Positions 24,774 through 31,218 of a stretch of 32,000 nucleotides of DNA are shown here, piece by piece. The stretch comes from Thermoproteus tenax Kra 1 (GTDB lineage: Archaea > Thermoproteota > Thermoprotei > Thermoproteales > Thermoproteaceae). A program made the position numbers and the translations under genes. The stretch's first letter is position 1. Each line of letters begins with the position of its first letter. The notes below the pieces were generated by a model. The model saw only the letters and a program-made list of their open reading frames with translations. It ran no database searches and had not been told where the DNA came from. Where the stretch lies: positions 1,350,001 to 1,382,000 of the forward strand of contig NC_016070.1 of assembly GCF_000253055.1 (NCBI RefSeq), given 5' to 3'.

Positions 24774-25343
24774 ATGGCAAAACCGTGTATCTTGGTCGGG
24801 AGGTGCCCAGGCGATATGGGGGACACCGAGGTCCTCTGGTTCGGCGAAGCTAAATGCGTATCAAAGGCTTCGGCGATCGTCAAGCTGTTCGGAGCTTTAG
24901 AGGCAGCCCAAGTACACGTCAATCTGGCCGCCGTTAAGGCCGATGGAAGGATCAGGAGGACCTTGTGGCTCGTGTTCTGGTCGCTTCAATATGCTGGGTT
25001 CTATCTATCGACTGGAGATCATAGGTATCTGAAGAAGGCGATGGAGTCTCTGCACAGGGCGACGAGATATGCGTACATCCTGGCCTCGGATGCTCCATTG
25101 GGGTGGGTCGTTTGTCTAGACGAAATATGTGCTTATATAAATACAGCGAGAGCATGGGTTAGATGGACTGAGAGAAGATTGGCCCAAGTAGATAGAGGCC
25201 GCGAAGTTATAATGTTGTTAAACCACATTGGAAATATTTTGTTCGAACTCATGAGAACAAGGGGCCACTTAGTGGTAGACCAAGGCAGAATTCATAGGTA
25301 CGTGCCCAGCTTGGGCGCCACCGATTCGGTGCTAAATTTTTAA
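24774..25343 (+). CDS. Hypothetical protein with weak resemblance to PduO-type ATP:cob(I)alamin adenosyltransferase
   Basis: The segments GDMGDTEVL..G, ARAWVRWTERR and LLNHIGNILFEL resemble GDxGxT, ARxVxRRxER and NRLSDxLF of the PduO family, by eye and from memory only. The ATG at 24774 lies about 25 nt after ATATTTAT. Confidence 0.4.
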   Translation: MAKPCILVGRCPGDMGDTEVLWFGEAKCVSKASAIVKLFGALEAAQVHVNLAAVKADGRIRRTLWLVFWSLQYAGFYLSTGDHRYLKKAMESLHRATRYAYILASDAPLGWVVCLDEICAYINTARAWVRWTERRLAQVDRGREVIMLLNHIGNILFELMRTRGHLVVDQGRIHRYVPSLGATDSVLNF

Positions 25344-25364
25344 ACACTTCAATCCCTGCGTGTT

Positions 25365-25829
25365 GTGTCTGAGGTTAGGGGGATCGTACGCGTAGGCGAT
25401 ACGGATCTTGACGGAGGCAAGGCCACAGCGTATGCCTTAACAAAAATAAAAGGCATAGGGATAGCCTCTGCGTTGGCAATCTGTAGAAGGCTGGGCATAG
25501 ATCCATATGCTCCACTCGGCTCGTTGGGCGAGGAGCAGATATCGAAGCTTGATTGGGCGGTCAGAAACCTCAACGAGATAGCGCCTCCGTGGTTCCTCAA
25601 TAGAAGGAAGGATCCCGTAAGCGGTAGAGATCTTCACTTAATCGGCTCAGAGCTTATCCTCGCCGCCAAGAACGATATTGATCTCATGAAGAAGCTGAGA
25701 AGCTGGAAAGGCATGAGGCACGCGGCCGGCCTAAAGGTGAGAGGACAGCGCACAGTCACTACTGGCAGATTTGGGCCGACCGCAGGCGTTGTTAAAAAGA
25801 AGGAGGGGCCACAACAGAGTAAGCAATAG
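25365..25829 (+). CDS. rps13: Ribosomal protein uS13
   Basis: IVRVGDTDLDGGKATAYALTKIKGIGIASA and RHAAGLKVRGQRT are present. GTG start with TTTTTAAAC about 25 nt upstream. Confidence 0.9.
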   Translation: MSEVRGIVRVGDTDLDGGKATAYALTKIKGIGIASALAICRRLGIDPYAPLGSLGEEQISKLDWAVRNLNEIAPPWFLNRRKDPVSGRDLHLIGSELILAAKNDIDLMKKLRSWKGMRHAAGLKVRGQRTVTTGRFGPTAGVVKKKEGPQQSKQ

Positions 25830-25832
25830 GCT

Positions 25833-26351
25833 ATGGGAGGCAAGAAGAAAAGTAGAAAGACATATCTCGAGGGCAAGCCGAAGAAGCTCTGGAATACCCA
25901 GCTGTTGCTTGAGGAGCTTCAGCTGATGGGTGAGTACGGCCTGAGGAATAAACGCGAACTATGGAAAGCGCGGTCTCTATTGAAGCACATAGTGAGACGC
26001 GCCAGAAGCTTGTTGTCCATGAGGGCTGAGGAGAGAGCGCCTCTAGAGCTCCCATTTAAGGAGAGACTATACAAGCTCGGCTTTATTGACGATGTCAATA
26101 TTCCTCTTGATAGAGTGCTCTCTCTAGACGTGAGAGCTATCTTGGACAGAAGGCTCCAGACAATTGTATACAGGAAGGGGCTAGCCAAGACTATCTACGA
26201 GGCCAGACAACTTATCACGCATGGCCATATAGCGATCAACGGAAGGAGGATGAGATCCCCTGGCTTTTTAGTGCCGCGAGAGCTGGAGGACAAGATAGGA
26301 TACGCGCCCACAAGCCCTCTGCTCGCCCGCTCCCAAGCCCAGCAACAATAG
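25833..26351 (+). CDS. rps4: Ribosomal protein uS4
   Basis: GEYGLRNKRELW is present, and the S4 domain shows RQLITHGHIAINGRRMRSPGFLV. Confidence 0.9.
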   Translation: MGGKKKSRKTYLEGKPKKLWNTQLLLEELQLMGEYGLRNKRELWKARSLLKHIVRRARSLLSMRAEERAPLELPFKERLYKLGFIDDVNIPLDRVLSLDVRAILDRRLQTIVYRKGLAKTIYEARQLITHGHIAINGRRMRSPGFLVPRELEDKIGYAPTSPLLARSQAQQQ

Positions 26352-26355
26352 TCTC

Positions 26356-27301
26356 GTGGACGCAGTCCTCGCAGTTCACGGGGGGGCCGGGAAGTGGGCC
26401 ATTGATAAACAAGAGGCACGCTCAGTTCTTGACGCGCTGAGGGGAGCCGTAGATGCAGGCCTTCTTGCCTTGGCCAGAGGCAACGCCCTCGATGGCGTAA
26501 CTGAGGCAGTCGCATATATGGAGGAGTCAGGGCTGTTCAACGCAGGCATTGGCGCCGTCTATACTATTGACGGAAGCGTGTTGTTAGATGCAGGCGTCAT
26601 GGATGGAAAGACCGGGAGAGCAGGCGCAGTCGCGGCCGTTGAGGGAGTCAAGAGCGCTGTCAAGCTAGCCCGCTTCGTATTAGAGAACACCGACCACGTG
26701 CTGATCGTGGGCGAGGGGGCCGAGGAGCTTGCCAGAGCTGCTGGTTTGGCAATAGCTAAAAATATTTTTTATAACGATGTAAAGAATAGGCGATACGTTG
26801 AGGCTAAAAGAGAGGCCGTCTCTGGACGCTGGCACTATAAGAAAGTTGTAGAGATCGCGAGAGAGTTGGGCATAGGCGATACGGTCGGTGCAGTGGCCAG
26901 AGATCGCGAGGGCAATATGGCGGCGGCCACGTCGACCGGCGGCGTCTGGCTTAAACTGAAGGGCAGAGTGGGGGATTCCCCCATCGTTGGCGCTGGATTT
27001 TGGGCCGAGAACGGCGTAGGCGCCTTCTCCGCCACAGGTATAGGCGAAGTCATCATGTTATCGTTGCTCTCTTTCAAAGCAGCGGAGCGCCTCAAGAGCG
27101 GGGTCGACATTGATACCGCTCTGCAGGATGTATTGGGGCGAGGTCACGCGGAGGTTCGGCGCTGATACCGCGGGGATCTTAGGCCTTGATAAAGATGGCA
27201 GAGTCTCTGCCGCGTTCAACACTAGGGCTATGGCCAGAGGATGGGGAATGGGCAAGGAGATTAAAAGGGTCGCCTTGTTCTCTGAAGACCCCTGGCCTTA
27301 A
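26356..27301 (+). pseudogene. Plant-type L-asparaginase / isoaspartyl peptidase (Ntn hydrolase) interrupted by a +1 frameshift near 27135-27140
   Basis: Frame 1 reads VLAVHGGAG...GDTVGAVARD (autoprocessing Thr)...ALQDVLGRGHAEVRR*. Frame 2 continues EVTRRFGADTAGILGLDKDGRVSAAFNTRAMARGW, which is the family C-terminus. Deleting one G from GGGG (27135-27138) joins the two as ...DVLGEVTRRFG... Confidence 0.8.
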
Positions 27302-27516
27302 GACCTCTTTCGCCAAGTCTTAGTGTCTGGATCGAACTTGAATCCCATTCTCTTCAGCTTGGCTATAGTCTCCCTAAATTCGTCCTCCGGCAATCTCCTG
27401 CCTCTGCCGACCTTCACTACAATCTCGTCATCCTCTCTGCTTACATCGACAGGAAGTTTAGACAACTCTTCTTCCACGTCTTTAGGCCTAGCCCTCCTGC
27501 CGCTCTCCTCGTCCAT
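27298..27516 (-). CDS. Small charged hypothetical protein
   Basis: 72 aa with non-repetitive composition. TTAATATAC lies about 22-30 nt upstream of the ATG. Confidence 0.45.
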   Translation of the reverse strand: MDEESGRRARPKDVEEELSKLPVDVSREDDEIVVKVGRGRRLPEDEFRETIAKLKRMGFKFDPDTKTWRKRS

Positions 27517-27596
27517 CTGGACTTAAGATCACTAGTATATTAAGTTATGCTCAAGGTTGCTACGACCGAGGGCCTCGCTCCCTTAGGGCGAGGAGA

Positions 27597-27953
27597 TTAT
27601 AGCAATCTGCTTAGGCGTATCAGCTTTCTAGCCGCCATCTCTCGGGCCCACGACGGCAACGAGTACGATCTCAGCGTCTCGTTTACTAACTCCTCTATCT
27701 CATCGCAGTCTCTTCCGCCTTGTTTTCTACATATTTCGACTAAGTATTTCGATCTCGCCTTAAATAGCTCGTCAGTCATCGGTATCCTCCTACAGGAGTG
27801 GTCATAAGTGTAGCCCCTCTCGCGATCGCTCAGATGAAGGAGCAAGTGCGCTGCAGCTTTGGCTAGATCCATACGTCCGGGCTCCACGTATACGCCCTCT
27901 ATTCTCGCGTAGCAACTCTTTATGCCTGAATATATGGATTGGCCCTCCTCCAC
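27597..27953 (-). CDS. Hypothetical protein
   Basis: 118 aa, and the only long ORF in the interval. It is followed by the hairpin CCTCGC-N9-GCGAGG (27573-27593). I recognised no family. Confidence 0.4.
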   Translation of the reverse strand: MEEGQSIYSGIKSCYARIEGVYVEPGRMDLAKAAAHLLLHLSDRERGYTYDHSCRRIPMTDELFKARSKYLVEICRKQGGRDCDEIEELVNETLRSYSLPSWAREMAARKLIRLSRLL

Positions 27954-27990
27954 GAGACTCTCTTTAATAGCATATAAAACTGCTATAGTT

Positions 27991-28698
27991 GTGATAGTGG
28001 GGATATGCGGCTTCGCGCGTAGTAGAAGGGACGTCTATAGTGCTCTGGATGCAGTTGAGCTACAGGAGACCTTCTATAATCTCCCAAATGAGGAAAGGCT
28101 CAGGGCCCTCAGCAGGGAGGCGCCTCCTGGTTTTGTCTTCACAGTTAAAGTGTTTCAAGGCATCACCCATCCGCCGACAAGCCCCACCTTCAAACGCACC
28201 AGAGGCTTCAGACCAACCGAAAACCACGGTCTGCTCAAACCGACAAGTGAGAACTTAGAGCTTTGGGATCTCTTCAGACGGCTGACTAAACCCTTAGGCG
28301 CCAGGGTCTATGTCTTTCAGACGCCGCCAAGCATGAGGACAGAGCATCTATCCGCCGCGCTGGAGTTCTTCAGAACTATAAGAGGCGATGAAACGATAGC
28401 ATGGGAGCCGAGGGGGGAGGTGGCCAACGTAGAGGGGCTCGATGCCGCGCTGGCCGAGATCAACGTCTCTCTAGTGGTAGACCCTCTGAAGAGGCCGTTG
28501 CCGAACTCCCCAATACACTATTTCAGACTGCACGGAATGGGGGGCGAGGTCAATTATAGGTATAAATATACTGATGATGACTTAAATAAATTATTAATTA
28601 TTTCTAAAAAAGCAAAAAATCCTTATATTATGTTTAATAATATTTATATGTTTGATGATGCAGTTAGATTTAAGAGGCTGGCGTCAGCTATTTCTTGA
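27991..28698 (+). CDS. DUF72 (YecE/UPF0759) family protein
   Basis: IVGICGF...LDAVELQETFYNLP...PPGFVFTVKVFQGITH is the DUF72 N-terminal pattern. The start is uncertain (GTG at 27991 or 27997). The annotated ATG at 27922 would overlap the upstream gene. Confidence 0.68.
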   Translation: MIVGICGFARSRRDVYSALDAVELQETFYNLPNEERLRALSREAPPGFVFTVKVFQGITHPPTSPTFKRTRGFRPTENHGLLKPTSENLELWDLFRRLTKPLGARVYVFQTPPSMRTEHLSAALEFFRTIRGDETIAWEPRGEVANVEGLDAALAEINVSLVVDPLKRPLPNSPIHYFRLHGMGGEVNYRYKYTDDDLNKLLIISKKAKNPYIMFNNIYMFDDAVRFKRLASAIS

Positions 28699-29653
28699 GC
28701 CTATAGGTGCGCGTCCCTAGGCCTCTGTCGTAGTCTATCTCTACTTTCCCAGTCAAGAGAAGGAGCGCCGGCAAATAGGGCGAGGCATCTATCTTTCTCC
28801 TCTCTTGGCCGTTCTTCAACGACCTCTTCCAAGCCTCGTGGACTGGGGAGGCCGGCGCATATTTCAGAGATCTCTCGATGAGCTTCACAGTGGTCTTGAG
28901 ACAGGGCGATCCGTTGCATGTGTCCGTAGGATTTCTCAAGATTCTTACGGAATAATAGACTAGGGGGGCAGTTATAGGAAGACCAGTGGTTGGATCGTCT
29001 ACCAGCTTAACTGAGATATTACGGGCCGAGAAGATAGTGGACCAATAGCGGCGGGCTATTTCGTCGTAATCGTCTATGCCGAACACTCTGCGCGCGTGCT
29101 CTCTGACAAGCCTATCGACTATCTCCTCCTCGTCATCTCCTTTCAATTTCAACGACCTTAACTCTGCAATGACCCTATAATGGTTCCAGTCCCTCGTCCT
29201 GCCCACAAGGTATGGATCCACTTCCAGAATATTCCGGGCTCTCTCCCATAGTTTCTCAAAAAATTTGAGAGCGCCCAGAGCGTCGTCTCCGCAGTTAGAC
29301 AAGAGGACGCCGGTAGAGGAGCCGGAGACAACATCATAGGTTAAGTCTCCGCCGAAAGCAGCACAGACGGTCTGTTCCCTTTTGAATATATAGAACGATG
29401 AGAACAATTTTGGTACATATCTCACTTCGACGTTGAAGTTGTCTATCGCCTCTAACATCTTCAACTTTCCCAAAACGGGCCCTTGCGTGACTACTTTGAC
29501 CGAATACTCCCGTGAGACTAAGCTCCGGAGCCCCGCTCCCCCCAAGATCCTAGTGGCGATGAGGATCTCACGGGGCCTATATTCTGAGAGACAGTTCTCC
29601 AAACTGGCGCAAAGCATGAAGGGAAGGGCTTGCTTAAAATATAAGTATTGCAC
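28688..29653 (-). CDS. Hypothetical protein whose N-terminal roughly 145 aa resemble a PLD-like (HKD) fold lacking the catalytic His and Lys
   Basis: 321 aa. The segment ILIATRILGG...VKVV...FSSFYIFKREQTVCAAFGGDLTYD...LKFFEKLWERA follows the lHxKxxxxD...GSxN spacing, but has F-S-S where H-x-K is expected. GTG start with CATTTATC about 25-30 nt upstream. Confidence 0.5.
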   Translation of the reverse strand: MQYLYFKQALPFMLCASLENCLSEYRPREILIATRILGGAGLRSLVSREYSVKVVTQGPVLGKLKMLEAIDNFNVEVRYVPKLFSSFYIFKREQTVCAAFGGDLTYDVVSGSSTGVLLSNCGDDALGALKFFEKLWERARNILEVDPYLVGRTRDWNHYRVIAELRSLKLKGDDEEEIVDRLVREHARRVFGIDDYDEIARRYWSTIFSARNISVKLVDDPTTGLPITAPLVYYSVRILRNPTDTCNGSPCLKTTVKLIERSLKYAPASPVHEAWKRSLKNGQERRKIDASPYLPALLLLTGKVEIDYDRGLGTRTYRLKK

Positions 29654-29660
29654 AGCGAGC

Positions 29661-29710
29661 GTGATGAAAGCCTCCGTACAAGATAAATGAAGAGTTCACG
29701 TACCGGCTGA
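29661..29710 (+). ncRNA. C/D box sRNA candidate (2'-O-methylation guide)
   Basis: C box GUGAUGA (29661-29667), 12-nt guide AAGCCUCCGUAC, D' AAGA, linker UAA, C' AUGAAGA, 13-nt guide GUUCACGUACCGG, D box CUGA (29707-29710). This is the canonical 7-12-4-3-7-13-4 layout. TTAAAATATAAG (29634-29645) lies about 20-27 nt upstream. Confidence 0.5.
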
Positions 29711-30127
29711 TTTCACCGAGGTATATATTCTACATCTGCCCTGTATATTCAACGTGGATCGCACCGTCTTACAAAGCGCTATGGCGCCCAATTCTGCGAG
29801 GTAGTTCCATAGCGGGCCTCTCTCTAGGGGGACTATCTCGGCGTCGCTCTCGTTGTGACGGGCGACAGAGTCTATCAACGTATAAATCGTCTTACCGAAG
29901 GAGATGGCCCTCCCTCTCACGTCGAAGTGCGGCCAAAACTCGCCGCATTTATAAACGGCCATTAATGCCTTTGCAAATACGCGGGGCCAAGACATCATAA
30001 GCACATCCAGCCTTACGTTTACTGCTATCTTGCAGGGGGAGCCAAAGCTAACAGTGTACTCAGCAGGACCTGAAACATTGAACGAGGGGTTTTCCAATTC
30101 TCCCTCGGTTATCTCAGGAAGCTCCAT
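29696..30127 (-). CDS. Hypothetical protein
   Basis: I place the start at the ATG at 30127 (MELPEITEGE...), because CTTTATTCC lies about 25-30 nt upstream. The ORF extension up to 30220 is Gly/Arg-rich and runs into a GC hairpin. I recognised no family. Confidence 0.42.
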   Translation of the reverse strand: MELPEITEGELENPSFNVSGPAEYTVSFGSPCKIAVNVRLDVLMMSWPRVFAKALMAVYKCGEFWPHFDVRGRAISFGKTIYTLIDSVARHNESDAEIVPLERGPLWNYLAELGAIALCKTVRSTLNIQGRCRIYTSVKSAGT

Positions 30128-30530
30128 GTCAGCATTAATACCTAAGGAATAAAGAGTTTCTCGGCCCAGAGGGGCTCTGCAAAACCGCGGCCCCCACCCT
30201 GAGAGGCCATAGGCGCCCACCTCGCGCCGTCAGTCCAATCTGGAGCTCCGGGCCGCCGGAGCTGTGGCTCAGGTCAAGGGGCCGGATGTGCCCCCTGGTC
30301 GCCGGGCAGTTCAAAAACGGAGGGTAGTTGAAAACTGGAACGTTTTTCGGCGGGTTTATTGCAGGTTTCTTCCTGCATCGTCATGCCGAAAATCAGAAGG
30401 TCAGGAATTTTCGTGAGGCCTCGGCGGAGGCGCTGGGAATTCCTGAAGTGAATTCGCCGAAGATAGGCGCTCCGTGCAGGAGGAAGTGACATGTTTTGGG
30501 CGGATCGATATCCTCTTACTGATTTTTTCC

Positions 30531-30791
30531 ATGGAAGTATACAGAGCGCTCAAGGTCGAGCTGCCCCACCTTCTCGCCGAGGAGCGGCCGGACGTCCTAG
30601 ACCTCGCCGTAAGGATGCGCCCTGCGGCCGAGGAGTACGCCGAAAGGCTGTTGAAGGAGCTGGCGGGGAAGGGGGAGCCCAGACTCACGGCGGAGGAGTT
30701 GAACAGACTCCTCACTCCCGACAAACGCGAATTAGCGCACCGGATAATCGAGGAGGTGCCCCCAGGTACGACCTCAAGAAGTACTTCATAA
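30531..30791 (+). CDS. Small helical hypothetical protein, possibly the 5' part of a frameshifted longer gene
   Basis: The product MEVYRALKVELPHLLAEERPDVLDLAVRMRPAAEEYAERLLKELAGKGEPRLTAEELNRLL... has protein-like composition. The overlapping minus-strand ORF is Ser/Arg-rich, typical of antisense. Confidence 0.38.
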   Translation: MEVYRALKVELPHLLAEERPDVLDLAVRMRPAAEEYAERLLKELAGKGEPRLTAEELNRLLTPDKRELAHRIIEEVPPGTTSRSTS

Positions 30792-31057
30792 AACAAGCTA
30801 AAACGTTCTGGAGCGATGTGGCGTTCCACCGGATGATCCCGTTGAGGACGAGCCGAAGGTTTCAACAGCGAGCGTTTGGTGCGGCCAAATTCGCCGAGCA
30901 TGTCCTTGATGTGCTTGACGCGATGTATGTGGAAAACGCGTTAAATCCCTTTAGCTCTGGCTGTCTAGATCAAACATCTATTTTTCTTGGCGTTTTTACT
31001 CGACGTTTAAGAGTTGGGATTCTGTGCGAGATGAGGCTCTATCTTAGCAAAGATCAG

Positions 31058-31178
31058 CGGGCCCGGTGGGATTCGAACCCACGACCTACGGCTTTCCACG
31101 GGCGCCACGCGCCCTTAGGAGGCTCGGCGGACTTGGGCTGGGTCCACCGCCGCTCTATCCATGCTGAGCTACGGGCCC
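31058..31178 (-). tRNA. tRNA-Arg: tRNA-Arg(CCU) with two introns: 24 nt at about position 30/31 and 22 nt at the canonical 37/38
   Basis: Manual cloverleaf on the reverse complement: GGGCCCG-UA-GCUC-AGCAUGGAUA-GAGC-G...AGGUC-GUGGG-UUCGAAU-CCCAC-CGGGCCC-G. Removing 46 nt leaves the anticodon arm GCGGC-CUCCUAA-GCCGU. Both introns contain GC hairpins. CATTTAAAG lies about 25-30 nt upstream. Confidence 0.78.
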
Positions 31179-31218
31179 CTCCTCTTCTTGTTAATTGGGC
31201 TTTAAATGTTCAACACCC

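Noticed and set aside
30308-30335. The CRISPR-repeat-like strings AGTTCAAAAAC and AGTTGAAAAC, which resemble crenarchaeal repeat ends (...ATTGAAAG).
   Set aside because: There are only two short, imperfect copies 8 nt apart. There is no array periodicity and there are no spacers.
30450-30458. A second GAATTCGCC string, possibly more vector sequence.
   Set aside because: Only 9 nt match, and the sequence diverges immediately (GAATTCGCCGAAG against the vector's GAATTCGCCCTT). This is compatible with chance.
30401-30901. The 166-aa minus-strand ORF, together with the 30274-30492 minus-strand ORF.
   Set aside because: The Ser/Arg-rich, low-complexity translation is typical of the antisense strand of a real gene (30531-30791) and of GC-rich spacer.
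28688-31178. An integrated element inserted at tRNA-Arg (accessory-looking genes next to a tRNA).
   Set aside because: I found no integrase gene and no direct repeat of the tRNA 3' half (CGGGCCCGGTGGGATTCGAACCC) elsewhere in the window. The claim is not supportable without a genome comparison.
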